From: an uncultured Ignavibacteria bacterium
Lineage (GTDB): Bacteria; Bacteroidota; Ignavibacteria; UBA10030; UBA6906
Assembly (NCBI GenBank): GCA_963701735.1
Contig: CAVPBI010000022.1
Coordinates: 72,604 to 136,603, forward strand
Length of the DNA: 64,000 nucleotides
Direction: 5' to 3'
Shown here: positions 41,054 through 50,633 of the stretch, in pieces
Position numbering within the stretch: position 1 is the stretch's first letter
How the letters are laid out: each line of letters starts with the position of its first letter
Translations under genes and position numbers: made by a program
Notes under the pieces: model-generated
Database searches by the model: none
What the model was told of the DNA's origin: nothing
The model's input: only the letters and a program-made list of their open reading frames with translations

Positions 41054-42544
41054 ATGATTACCCTCGGATACGACATCGGAAGCTCGTCAATCAAAGCCGC
41101 ATTGTTGAATGTCGATACAGGGGAAACCCTGGCGGCGGCCTTCTCCCCACGGACGGAATTGCCCATGATGGCGGAACGGGCCGGGTGGGCGGAGCAGGAC
41201 CCGGAGGTCTGGTGGACACACGTGGTCCAGGCAACCCAGGAGGTGGTTCGCAGCGCCCGGATCGACCCGGCGGCCATCAAGGCGATCGGAATATCGTACC
41301 AGATGCACGGACTGGTCGTCCTCGACGCGGCTCACCGGCCCCTTCGCCCCGCCATCATCTGGTGCGACAGCCGGGCGGTCTCCACCGGGGAGGAGGCATT
41401 CAGATCGCTCGGACCGCAGCGGTGCCTCTCGTCACTGCTGAACTCCCCGGGGAACTTCACGGCCTCCAAGCTCGCGTGGGTCCGGAGGCACGAGCCGGAG
41501 CTTTTCTCGAAGATCGCGCACTTCATGCTGCCGGGAGACTACGTGGCGCTCCGCATGACCGGAGAGCCCGCAACCACGGTCAGCGGACTTTCCGAGGGCA
41601 CGCTGTGGGATTTCTCCGCCCAGCAACCCGCCCGGTTTCTGCTCGAACACTACGGCATCGATCCGTCCGTGATGGCCCCGCTCACTCCGACGTTCGGCGT
41701 TCAGGGAAAACTCCGGCCCGCGGTTGCGCGGGAACTCGGCCTCGCGGCGGGAACGCCGGTCACGTACCGCGCGGGCGATCAACCGAACAACGCGCTCTCG
41801 CTCCGCGTCCTGGAGCCCGGCGAGATCGCCGCGACCGCAGGCACCTCCGGCGTCGTCTACGGCATCAGCGACACCTATCAATTCGATCCGGCGTCCCGGG
41901 TGAACTCGTTCGCGCACGTGAATCACGCGAGCGCTGCGCCGCGCATCGGGATCCTCCTCTGCATCAACGGCACGGGCATCTCCAACAGCTGGATCCGGAA
42001 GATTACCGGCGCCGGGTCCCGGAGCTACGAGTCGATGAACACGCTCGCGCACGCCGTCCGCGTGGGATCGGAGGGCGTTGTCGTTCTCCCGTTCGGGAAC
42101 GGAGCGGAGCGCATGCTGGGGAACCGGGATGTCGGGGCGCAGATCCTTGGACTCAACTTCAACATCCACACCTCCGCTCATCTCTACCGCGCAGTCCAGG
42201 AAGGCGTGGCGTTCGCCTTCCGCTATGGCATGGACATCATGAAGACGCTCGGTGTGCATCCGTCCGTGATCAGAGCCGGCTCGGCCAACCTGTTCCTCAG
42301 CCCGGTCTTCTGCGAAGCGCTCGCCGGCGTGTCGGGTGTTACGATCGAGCTCTATAATACCGACGGCGCACTTGGCGCGGCGCGGGGCGCTGCGATCGGC
42401 GCCGGAATCGTGCGATCCGGCGATGACGCGTTTGAGGGTCTCACGCGCGTCACCACGATCACGCCCGCCTCTCAACTGCGGCCGGCGTACGAGGAAGCGT
42501 ACGGACATTGGTCGGCCGCGCTCGCGCGTGCGCTGCCGGCCTGA
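41054..42544 (+). CDS. FGGY-family carbohydrate kinase (xylulokinase-like)
   Basis: MITLGYDIGSSSIKAALL…, …GISYQMHGLVVLD…, …GDQPNNALSL…GTSGVV…. FGGY N- and C-terminal domains. Confidence 0.8.
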   Translation: MITLGYDIGSSSIKAALLNVDTGETLAAAFSPRTELPMMAERAGWAEQDPEVWWTHVVQATQEVVRSARIDPAAIKAIGISYQMHGLVVLDAAHRPLRPAIIWCDSRAVSTGEEAFRSLGPQRCLSSLLNSPGNFTASKLAWVRRHEPELFSKIAHFMLPGDYVALRMTGEPATTVSGLSEGTLWDFSAQQPARFLLEHYGIDPSVMAPLTPTFGVQGKLRPAVARELGLAAGTPVTYRAGDQPNNALSLRVLEPGEIAATAGTSGVVYGISDTYQFDPASRVNSFAHVNHASAAPRIGILLCINGTGISNSWIRKITGAGSRSYESMNTLAHAVRVGSEGVVVLPFGNGAERMLGNRDVGAQILGLNFNIHTSAHLYRAVQEGVAFAFRYGMDIMKTLGVHPSVIRAGSANLFLSPVFCEALAGVSGVTIELYNTDGALGAARGAAIGAGIVRSGDDAFEGLTRVTTITPASQLRPAYEEAYGHWSAALARALPA

Positions 42545-42699
42545 GAGCGTCCGGGCCCGGGCCTCCCTCGCCGTGAGCGGGCACCCTGCCTGCCAGGCGG
42601 GCGCGCGCGCCCGTCTTGGTTCCCAGCCGGGAAGTCCGTATCTTTTAAGATTGTCTGCAAAGACATTCCCGACACCACACTCCACTGAAAGGACCAGCA

Positions 42700-43395
42700 A
42701 TGCAAGCCCTCGTGGCCGCCGTAGCCCTCGTCGGCCTTATCGGTTGTTCACCCGCAGGAGAGAAAGACGTGAAGCTCGAGACTCCGAAGGACAGCATCAG
42801 CTACTCCATCGGGCTGAGCGTCGGAAAGAACCTGACCCGCGACTCCATCACGGTCTCTCCCGATGCGTTCCTCAGAGGCGTGATGGATGCCGGCCGGGAC
42901 AGCGCGGCCCGCTTGATGAACGACGCGCAGGTGCAGAGCTGCATCATGGCGTTCCAGGATTCCATGAGGAGCAAACAGGAAGCACAGGCCCGCGTGGCCG
43001 GAGAGGAGCACATGACCAAAGGCGCAGCGTTTCTTGCTGAGAACGGAAAGAAGCCGGGCGTGACGACGCTCCCGAGCGGACTCCAGTACAAAGTCATGAC
43101 CGAAGGCAAGGGCAAGACGCCGACGGAGAAATCGACCGTCACGACGCACTACCGCGGGCGGCTGATCGACGGAAAAGAGTTTGACAGCTCCTACAAGCGC
43201 GGCCAGCCGGCGCAGTTCCCGTGCAATGGCGTCATCCGCGGATGGACCGAAGCCCTCCTGCTGATGAAGGAAGGATCCAAGTGGGAACTGTACGTTCCGC
43301 CGGACCTCGCCTATGGCGCAAGCGGAGCGGGCGGCGTCATCCCGCCGAACGCCACATTGATCTTCGAAGTGGAGCTGATTTCTGTCGACAAGTAG
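42700..43395 (+). CDS. FKBP-type peptidyl-prolyl cis-trans isomerase (FkpA/Mip-like) lipoprotein
   Basis: Lipobox LIGCSP. FKBP domain …TVTTHYRGRLIDGKEFDSSYKRGQPAQFPCNGVIRGWTEALLLMKEGSKWELYVPPDLAYG…. Confidence 0.85.
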   Translation: MQALVAAVALVGLIGCSPAGEKDVKLETPKDSISYSIGLSVGKNLTRDSITVSPDAFLRGVMDAGRDSAARLMNDAQVQSCIMAFQDSMRSKQEAQARVAGEEHMTKGAAFLAENGKKPGVTTLPSGLQYKVMTEGKGKTPTEKSTVTTHYRGRLIDGKEFDSSYKRGQPAQFPCNGVIRGWTEALLLMKEGSKWELYVPPDLAYGASGAGGVIPPNATLIFEVELISVDK

Positions 43396-43430
43396 ATCCC
43401 GGCAATACTCCAGCTGTACGTGTGCATGCG

Positions 43431-43460
43431 AAGGGCTCCCCATGGGAGCCTTTTCGTTTG
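43431..43460 (+). terminator. Rho-independent terminator downstream of the FKBP gene
   Basis: aaGGGCTCCCcatGGGAGCCttttcgtttg: a perfect 7-bp GC-rich stem and 3-nt loop followed by a T-rich tract. Confidence 0.6.
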
Positions 43461-43614
43461 TGGATGCTTCGCCTGCCGCCGCTACCCCGCCCTGCGGAGC
43501 GCAACGATCGTGGTATCGTCAAACAGCGGCGGTCCCGAAGTTCCACGCAGGGCAGGAGTCCCGCCCTTTTCGTATCTTTCTGCATACCCGCACCCCCACA
43601 ACCATCACGCCCCC

Positions 43615-44700
43615 ATGCAAATCGGAATCGTCGGCCTCCCGTTCTCGGGCAAATCCACCCTGTTTCAGGCCATCACAAGAACGCACCTTGACCCCTCGGC
43701 CCTCGCACGCACCGAGGCGCATCACGCCGTGGTCAAGGTCCCTGACCGGCGACTGACCGCGCTGTCCGAGCTCTTCTCGCCGAAGAGCACCGTCAACGCC
43801 ACCATCGAGTTTGTGGATGTCGTCGGCCTGAAGAAGGGGGAGTCCGGCTCGGCGCAGTTCACCACCAACTTCCTGGCCAGCGTCAAAACCAACGACGCGC
43901 TGGTCCAGGTCGTGCGTGCGTTCGCGAACGATGCGGTCCCGCATCCGGAAGGCTCCGTGGATGTCGCGCGCGACATCGCGACGTTCGAGACCGAGTTCAT
44001 CCTGTCGGACATGGCGATCCTCGAAACGCGCATCGAGCGGCTGAAGAAACAGGTCATGAAGGCGGGAGACGAAACAGCAAAGAAGGAGCTTGGCATCCTC
44101 GAACGGTGCCTCGCCGCGCTGACCGGGGAGAAGCCGCTGCGCGACATCGGGTTCTCGAAGGACGAGTCGCTCGTTCTCAAAACGTATCAGCTGCTCACCT
44201 CCAAGCCCATGCTCGTCGCGCTGAACTTCGACGAATCCCAGCAGCCGAAGGCCGCGAGCATCGTGGACGGAATCACACTCGCGAAGGGGACGCCGAACAC
44301 CGGCATCGTGGGGTTTTTCGGGAAGATCGACATGGAAATGTCCGAGCTCTCAGAGTCTGAGGCAGGAGTGTTCATGAAGGAGTACGGCATCACGGAGTCC
44401 GCGCTCGACACGCTCATCCGTTCGTCGTACGATCTCCTGGGGCTTCACTCGTTCTTCACCGTCGGCGAAGACGAGTGCCGGGCGTGGACGATCCGCAAGG
44501 GGATGACAGCACAGGAAGCTGCCGGAGTGATCCACTCGGACTTCTTCAACAAATTCATCCGCGCAGAGGTCGTCTCCTACGATCACTTCATGGCCGCCGC
44601 CGGCTCGTTCGCGAAGGCGAAGGAGGCGGGGCACTGGAGGCTTGAGGGAAAAGAATACGTCGTGAAGGACGGGGACATCCTCTCGATCAGGCACAGCTGA
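43615..44700 (+). CDS. ychF: Ribosome-binding ATPase YchF (Obg-like GTPase family)
   Basis: MQIGIVGLPFSGKSTLFQAIT (G1 motif), TGS domain and C-terminal …EYVVKDGDILSIRHS. Confidence 0.9.
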   Translation: MQIGIVGLPFSGKSTLFQAITRTHLDPSALARTEAHHAVVKVPDRRLTALSELFSPKSTVNATIEFVDVVGLKKGESGSAQFTTNFLASVKTNDALVQVVRAFANDAVPHPEGSVDVARDIATFETEFILSDMAILETRIERLKKQVMKAGDETAKKELGILERCLAALTGEKPLRDIGFSKDESLVLKTYQLLTSKPMLVALNFDESQQPKAASIVDGITLAKGTPNTGIVGFFGKIDMEMSELSESEAGVFMKEYGITESALDTLIRSSYDLLGLHSFFTVGEDECRAWTIRKGMTAQEAAGVIHSDFFNKFIRAEVVSYDHFMAAAGSFAKAKEAGHWRLEGKEYVVKDGDILSIRHS

Positions 44701-44777
44701 GGACGTGCCATCAGATACAGCTGCGCGGAGCGGTGCCTTCCGACGAGGCGGCTGCTCAGCCGCCCCCGGATGAGGCG

Positions 44778-45595
44778 CTACCTGCCTGAGGACCAGCTTC
44801 CGCTGCGGTCCGAGACCCAGGAATCCATCTTGCCGCTCGCGCGCTTCTTCTTCTTGACCGCAAAGACGATCTTCTTCCCTTTGCCGCGGCGCTGATTCCG
44901 GCCGGGCCCCGGAGGACCTCCCCACGTGGCCGATCGCTTGCCAGGAAAACCTGATGCTGGCCGCTGTCCGGGAAAGCCCGTGGACGGTCGATGACCAGGA
45001 GGACCTCCTGCAGGACGCTGCCCGGGGTATCCAGATCCGGGCCGACGACCAGGGGGACCTCCTGCGGGCCGCTGACCGGGGTATCCAATTCCAGGCCGTC
45101 GACCGGGAGGACCTCCTGCGGGGCGCTGCCCGGGGTATCCAATTCCGGGCCGCTGACCGGGAGGACCTCCTGCGGGGCGATATCCTGGGTATCCAGTTCC
45201 GGGCCTGTGTCCCGGATGCCCTCCCCCAGGCCGCTGCCCGGGATGGCGCGGATGTTTATGCCCTGGATGCTGGTTCACGGGTCGACCCGGACCGCCGGGC
45301 GCGTTCGGCTGCTGCTGGCCCGCCTGCCGCCCGTGAGGCTGACCCGGATGTCTCGGTCCCGTGCCGCGGCCGCGCCCCGGCGACTGGGATTGCCTCTCCC
45401 CCCGAACGGAGGAGTACCGTGCCGTCCGTGGTGAGGACCGGAGGACTGCTTACCCTGCGGCCGCTCGTACATGCCGACGAAATCGTTCGTCGGCTGGAGC
45501 TGCGGAGGTTCCGGGCGTCCCTGAGGAGGCATGGCCTGGGAATGCCCCGGCTTCTTTCTGCGGGGACCGAATTTTCCAGGACCTGGAAATGCCAT
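44778..45595 (-). CDS. Pro/Gly/Arg-rich tandem-repeat protein with Lys-rich C-terminus, hypothetical; strand and frame uncertain, may be one gene with a frame disruption at 45275
   Basis: 18-aa repeats GYPGQRPAGGPPGRRPGI occur five or more times. The non-repeat C-terminal part …GKGKKIVFAVKKKKRASGK uses high-GC codons (AAG, GTC, GCG), which supports the minus strand there. A competing plus-strand ORF 44954-45685 (repeat DREDLLRGAARGIQFRAA) has higher third-position GC within the repeat. Confidence 0.35.
44990..45240. repeat. 54-bp tandem repeat (about 4.5 units)
   Basis: gggaggacctcctgcggggcgctgcccggggtatccaattccgggccgctgacc-like units with minor variation. Confidence 0.7.
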
Positions 45596-45921
45596 GACGA
45601 TACCTTGGTGATGTGCGTGGATATGCCCCGTGCGACCAGCCGCAAGGTGCGGTCTGGATGCCGGTCAATGGTGATGATTGAGTAATACGCCTACTGCGCG
45701 TGGTCGGCGGAGAAGTTAACTCATTTCTGGGGTGGACTCAGCATCATCCCCTGCTGAAAGGTCAGCGAGGCGGTCGTCGGCTGGGGTGTGTTTTCCCGAA
45801 CAACACTGTAGTAATGTAGGGCTTTCACTCGAGATTTCCTAATCCCCTCACCGGCCTTCTTTGCTTTTGAGGACGCCCGGGAGTATGTTGACGGGGTCCC
45901 GACATCAACGCACTCAGCGCC

Positions 45922-47242
45922 ATGCGTCAGCCAGAAATACCCGCCTTCCTCGCGTCCGTCGCAGCTGTGACAATTGGGTTGGGAGCGCTGCACGTCCTTC
46001 CACTCCACCCCGCCGCAGCCCTCGCGTTGGTCTTCATCGGCTCCTCGGCGGCATACCTGTGGATGTGCCGGGAAACCCTCCGGGCCGGATTGTCAGACGG
46101 GCTGGTCTGGACCACGCTCGGGCTCGGCATCCTGATCAGGCTGTCGTTCTTCTCGAGCGACCCGGTCGGTTCGGATGACGTCTACCGCTACGTGTGGGAC
46201 GGGAAGGTCCAGGCGGCAGGAATCAATCCGTACCGCTATGCGCCGGACGACCCCGCGCTGGCAGAACCTGCACTCGTCGCTGTTGCCCGGGGCGGTCAAT
46301 CACCCCGATATGAAGACCGTCTACTTCCCCTTCTCCCAGTGGCTCTTCCTTCTCGCATTTCGGATCGCGGGGGAGTCGCTGTGGGGACTGAAGGCGATGC
46401 TTCTCGCAGCCGAAGCTGCAACCATGGCGGGACTCCTTCTCCTCCTCTCCCACCTGAAGCTGCCGCGGCGCCTGGTCCTGCTCTATGCCCTGTGTCCTCT
46501 TCCGATTCTCGCGTTCGCGCTGGATGCCCACGTCGACGGCTTCGGGCTGCCTCTCTTCGTTTTCGGGTTGCTGTATCACCTGAGAGGCCGCCCCGCGATC
46601 GGGCTTCTTCTGCTGGGGCTGTCCATGTCGGTGAAGCCCGTCGCGCTCGTCGTGCTCCCGGTCCTGTTCTTTCAGGCTCGCACCGGCACCGACCGGATCC
46701 GGATCGCTGTGCTCCCGCTGGCCGTGGCGCTCCTGCCTTTCGTGCCGTATGCGCTGGAGATCAACCCCCTTGAATCGCTCTCCACGTTCGCCTGGCACTG
46801 GCTGTTCAACGGGCCGTTCTTCGAGCTGGTGCGCGCGTTCGTGCAGGACAATCAGCGCGCGCGACTGATCTGCGCCGCGGCGCTGGGCATCTCGCTCGTC
46901 CTCCTGCAGTTCACGCGCCACGATATTCTTCGAAAGGCAGCCTTCTCCGTCTTTCTCCTCCTGCTCTTCTCGCCCGTCGTCCATCCGTGGTACGTGACGT
47001 GGCTGGTCGTGCTCCTTCCCGTCGTCCCGCTGCGCTCAGGGATGGTCTACGCGGCAAGCGTAAGCCTGGCCATCATCACGCTTGTGGAATACCGACTCAC
47101 GGGTGCGTGGGAGCAACACCCGATCATCCTGGTCCTCGAGTATGCGCCTGTGCTGGCGCTGTTTCTGCCGGAAGTGGCCGGGAAGTTGCGCGTGCGCCTT
47201 CACGAACGCCTGATTCACCGAGATGAGGGCCTGCGTCGATAG
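45922..47242 (+). CDS. GT-C-fold membrane glycosyltransferase (DUF2029/GT87, PIG-M/PimE-like mannosyltransferase family); frame disrupted near 46270
   Basis: …DPVGSDDVYRYVWDGKVQAAGINPYRYAPDDP…NHPDMKTVYFPFSQ (DxD-type periplasmic loop of DUF2029 enzymes), followed by about 9 transmembrane helices. Confidence 0.65.
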
Positions 47243-47379
47243 CACGGGGATGAGCGTGGTCGGAACTGACTATTGATCGAATAATGCCCGGAGAGTGAGG
47301 CTGGAGGGACGTGCATCGGGACAATGGAGATCTGGAGGGCACTGGCACGTTGGTGCAACCCGGGAGCTTTCGGCTGGCA

Positions 47380-48540
47380 TCACGCGGGCCATGCCTCCGT
47401 AAACAGCGCCTCGCCGCCATCCCTCACGACATCCACTACAGGAACGGAGAGCGCCGCGCGCAGTGCGGTCTGCAATCCAGCCGCATCCACGGTGCTGCCC
47501 GAGTAAACGGTGCCGTCGTAGGCGGGATAGAACGGGTTTGAGGTCACGGCGGCCAGGCGCGGGACACGGCGGCAGATCAGCCGGACTCCAGCCGATCGCG
47601 CAGACGCCACCTTCTCTGCAACGCGGCGGATATCGCCGGCCAGCAAGAGCTTCAGCGGGTCGTCAAACAGCACGGTTGCGCTGCGCCGCCCCAGCGCCGG
47701 TGTCATCGCCGAAAGCAGATCGAGCGCGACAAGCCCCTTCCACCGTACCACACCGGACCCTCCATGGGCGGCCCTGGCCGCTTCTTCCGTGGAGGTCCCG
47801 GCCGTAATAACCGTCCACTCGCTCCGCCCCTCTGACTCCTCTGACTCCTTCGCCTTTCCGTCGTTGCTTTCCTTCACGGCCTCATCTTCCCGTATTCCTT
47901 TCCCTTCTCTCCTCCCCATCGCTTCCCTCGTTCCCTTCCTATCCTTCATCCCTTCCACCCCCTCCTTCCCCGTCTCCCCTCCACCCTCCCCACCCATCCG
48001 AGGAATCCCGAACAGCAACTCGATGGCCTCCATCTCTCCGACAACGGTCCTGAGGTCGGTCGACCTCGCCGCCCCGGTGCTGAACACCAGCCGATCCACC
48101 ACCGCCATCGGCGCGATGCGGTTCAGCGAGCCGTCCACCATCAGCAGCTCGAGCCTCTCATCAGCGAGCATCTGCCTGACCTGCTCGAGCTCGTGCGTCT
48201 TGTTGGGCCCGGCCACAACAAGCAGGCCCGGTGCGGTCACGCGGACGACGACGACTTCGCCCAGCGCCGTCCGGAACCCGGTGCGCCGGAGGCCGGTCCA
48301 TTGTGCGTCGGTGGTCTGAAGGCAGGATTCGGAGGTGGTGACGAGCGCGCCGGCGGGAACGCGGATGCGCGGCTTCGGCAGGAGCGTGACAGTATCCCGC
48401 TCTTCGCCGTCGTACCCGATGCCGGTCAGTCCCAGCGAAAGTCCGCGGCGCGCGGCCTGCTCGAGCAATGCCACCAGCGCCGTCGTCTTTCCGGTGTTCT
48501 TCGCGGTTCCTGCAATGCCGATCGTAATCAGCGCACGGTT
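47380..48540 (-). CDS. P-loop ATPase-domain protein (BioD/CobQ-like nucleotide-binding fold) with internal Glu/Lys/Gly-rich low-complexity insert; possible accessory/reactivase protein of the downstream mutase-like gene
   Basis: …ALITIGIAGTAKNTGKTTALVALLEQAARRGL… is a Walker-A-like GTAKNTGKTT. The insert is …GGEGGGETGKEGVEGMKDRKGTREAMGRREGKGIREDEAVKESNDGKAKESEESEGRSE…. The start codon is unclear (no ATG in frame near the P-loop, so an alternative start is likely). The N-terminal 190 aa of listed ORF 47380-49113 is out-of-frame overlap with the 598-aa upstream gene and is excluded. Confidence 0.5.
   Translation of the reverse strand, partial: NRALITIGIAGTAKNTGKTTALVALLEQAARRGLSLGLTGIGYDGEERDTVTLLPKPRIRVPAGALVTTSESCLQTTDAQWTGLRRTGFRTALGEVVVVRVTAPGLLVVAGPNKTHELEQVRQMLADERLELLMVDGSLNRIAPMAVVDRLVFSTGAARSTDLRTVVGEMEAIELLFGIPRMGGEGGGETGKEGVEGMKDRKGTREAMGRREGKGIREDEAVKESNDGKAKESEESEGRSEWTVITAGTSTEEAARAAHGGSGVVRWKGLVALDLLSAMTPALGRRSATVLFDDPLKLLLAGDIRRVAEKVASARSAGVRLICRRVPRLAAVTSNPFYPAYDGTVYSGSTVDAAGLQTALRAALSVPVVDVVRDGGEALFTEAWPA
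47820..48010. repeat. Approximately 190-bp polypyrimidine (plus strand) / polypurine (coding strand) low-complexity tract
   Basis: ctctgactcctctgactccttcgcctttccgtcgttgctttccttcac…cccttccaccccctccttccccgtctcccctccaccctcccc is almost entirely C/T. It encodes the E/K/G-rich insert of the ATPase. Confidence 0.6.
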
Positions 48541-50324
48541 CCTTTGCCGAACGTCCCCGGATAGGCGCCGTCCTCCGTGTTCCCCAGCAGTCCCGCCTGG
48601 ATGGCATCGGGAAGCGACGGGGCTTCGCTGACGGCCCGGAGCGTGGACGTGATCCCTGCTATCATCTCGTCGGTCGCCTGGTCCGCACCTGCGGTCGGCG
48701 CGAGACCGGCATCGCCGAGAAACCTGTAGGCTTCCGTCACAGCGCGGATGCTGTCGATCCGTGAAGCGATGCAGATCGGGCCGCGCGAGTACGCTTCGTC
48801 GGTCGACGCGATCGTGATCGCATCGACGTCCAGCGTCCTGGCCAGCGCCGCGTGGTAGGATGTGGCGCTGGCCGACTGCACCCGGTCTTCCGACTGCGTC
48901 ATGAACGCGATGGGCTCGCCCGGCCAGATGGGCGCATCCGCGATCGCCCGGAGGGCGCGGATCTTCGCGGTGTTGTAGTCGATGAAGTTCTGCTGCATCA
49001 GGCCGTTGATCACGATATGCGGGCCGTAGCAGAAGAGGGGCTTGAGGATCGGCCGCGCGCCGAGTCGGACGCCCAACGCTACGTTGATGAGCAGGCCGGC
49101 CAGCGTCTTCCATGCGGGGACGCCGCTCAACTCGTCGTTCCCCGGTATGTCGAACGGCATGCCGTAGCGCGCCGTGATCTTGATGGCCTCGATGCCGTCA
49201 ACGGTCAGCCGTTCGGGATCGGTGCCGGCCCCGAGAGAGCCGTACACGAGATTGATCTTCGTCATGTCGGCGCCGCCTTCCCCCGCAAGCACCACGGTCT
49301 CCGGCGTGTTCAGCCCCCGGTGCGCCCGGACGGTCAGGAGCGTCGCGGGATCCAGGTGCCGCCGCATGAGCTTGATGTTCTCCAGCGACGTGATCGTCCC
49401 GTCGTTCTGGTGGGTGAGGGCGCCTTCGAGCAGCCCCTCGTATCGCGCCTCCCAGGAGGGATTGATAATGAGATATCCGTCGATTCCCCAGCGCTCGCCG
49501 ATGCGCCCGTGGACGATGTCCATGATCGGACAGCCGCTTCCGAGGAATTTGAAGACCGCCGGCTTCAGTCCGCTGTGGCGGATCCGCGCCGGATGAACAG
49601 CCGTGCGGCCGGAGAGCATACCGTCGAGAGCCTGCTTCTCCGCCTCGGACACCGCCCGGACGCCGAGGGGATAGGAGGCATTGAGATTCGCATCCCGGAC
49701 GACTGGATCGCAGAGCGCCGCATATCGCTCGGCGACTGCCTTCCCTCCCTCCCCGTGGTGCAGCAGCTCTGCGCGCAGACGGGCGCGCTCGACTGCCGGC
49801 GACGTCTTCCCCGCGCTCCACCGCAGCAGCTTCTCAACAATCGCGTCGAGATAGCCTCCGGCCTCTGGATTCCTGAAGGCGTAGGAATATCCGGCGGTCA
49901 GGTCGCGCTTCTCGCGTTGTGCGGCCCCCGCGGTCGCGGCCGGCGGCCTGTCTTCTATGTATGCGGCGATCTCCTCCATCGTCGCGTGCTCGTCGAATCC
50001 CCGGTCGAATCCCAGCTCCGCCGCCAGCTCCGGTGTCACCGCTTTGCCGCCGATGACAATGCGGGCCGAGGTGCGGATCCCGGCCGCATCAAGCATGTCC
50101 ACAAACCGCCCGAGCAGCTCGGCCACCCCGTAGCCCAGCGTCCGGCTGACGAGGATAAAATCGTAGGGTGACGCCAGGGCCCGGGAGACAATGGCTTCCA
50201 TCGGGAGGTCGGGTGACAGCAGGTCCGCGTGGTGGCCCCGCCGCGACAGGGCATCACGGATGATCTTGATGCCGACGTCGTGGACGGGATCAAGAGGAAC
50301 GCACAGGAGCCGACGCGCGGTCAT
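48528..50324 (-). CDS. Cobalamin-dependent mutase-like protein: N-terminal B12-binding Rossmann domain fused to an approximately 460-aa C-terminal domain (aminomutase/glutamate-mutase-E-like?)
   Basis: N-terminus MTARRLLCVPLDPVHDVGIKIIRDAL contains a DxxHxxG variant of the His-on B12 motif. …ILVSRTLGYG… is the SxL motif and …ARIVIGGKAVTPELAAELGFD… the GG motif. About 460 aa of non-hydrophobic C-terminal domain follows. Confidence 0.7.
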   Translation of the reverse strand: MTARRLLCVPLDPVHDVGIKIIRDALSRRGHHADLLSPDLPMEAIVSRALASPYDFILVSRTLGYGVAELLGRFVDMLDAAGIRTSARIVIGGKAVTPELAAELGFDRGFDEHATMEEIAAYIEDRPPAATAGAAQREKRDLTAGYSYAFRNPEAGGYLDAIVEKLLRWSAGKTSPAVERARLRAELLHHGEGGKAVAERYAALCDPVVRDANLNASYPLGVRAVSEAEKQALDGMLSGRTAVHPARIRHSGLKPAVFKFLGSGCPIMDIVHGRIGERWGIDGYLIINPSWEARYEGLLEGALTHQNDGTITSLENIKLMRRHLDPATLLTVRAHRGLNTPETVVLAGEGGADMTKINLVYGSLGAGTDPERLTVDGIEAIKITARYGMPFDIPGNDELSGVPAWKTLAGLLINVALGVRLGARPILKPLFCYGPHIVINGLMQQNFIDYNTAKIRALRAIADAPIWPGEPIAFMTQSEDRVQSASATSYHAALARTLDVDAITIASTDEAYSRGPICIASRIDSIRAVTEAYRFLGDAGLAPTAGADQATDEMIAGITSTLRAVSEAPSLPDAIQAGLLGNTEDGAYPGTFGKGTVR

Positions 50325-50572
50325 TGCCGTCCCCCCTCCGGCGCGGCGGCGTGCAGCCAGCGGTACTTCTCCCCCGGCCTGTGGACGTACTTCCGGAGGC
50401 GGACTCTCATGCCATAGCCGTCGAACTCCTGGTACATGATGTCCACTTCGCCCAGGTTCAGCTCATGCCCCAGCCGCAATGCGAGGTCTTTTCCCTCCCG
50501 TTCGCTCCCGCAGACCAGATACGTCTCGATATCAAGTCCGTCGAGAACGGAATCGAGTGCCTGTCCCGTCAT
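50321..50572 (-). CDS. Small protein (83 aa) translationally coupled (ATGA overlap) to the B12-binding protein gene; possible small subunit
   Basis: MTGQALDSVLDGLDIETYLVCGSEREGKDLALRLGHELNLGEVDIMYQEFDGYGMRVRL…. Its stop overlaps the start of the 598-aa gene. Confidence 0.45.
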   Translation of the reverse strand: MTGQALDSVLDGLDIETYLVCGSEREGKDLALRLGHELNLGEVDIMYQEFDGYGMRVRLRKYVHRPGEKYRWLHAAAPEGGRQ

Positions 50573-50633
50573 CGCTGTTCTCCTCTCGTCCGCGGGGAGG
50601 CGCAGCAGGTGCGCCTCCCCCGCGGTAAGGTGC

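Noticed and set aside
44954-45685. Plus-strand 243-aa ORF over the 54-bp tandem repeat as the sole gene call
   Set aside because: Kept only as an alternative. The minus-strand non-repeat C-terminal region shows better codon usage (AAG/GTC/GCG-rich) and forms an ATGA-coupled pair with the upstream ORF. The strand remains unresolved without expression data.
47380-49113. Treating the whole 577-aa ORF (47380-49113) as one protein with an Arg-rich 190-aa N-terminus
   Set aside because: The N-terminal 190 aa overlaps the 3' end of the B12-binding protein gene in another frame and is compositionally non-protein-like. The credible protein begins just upstream of the P-loop (about 48540).
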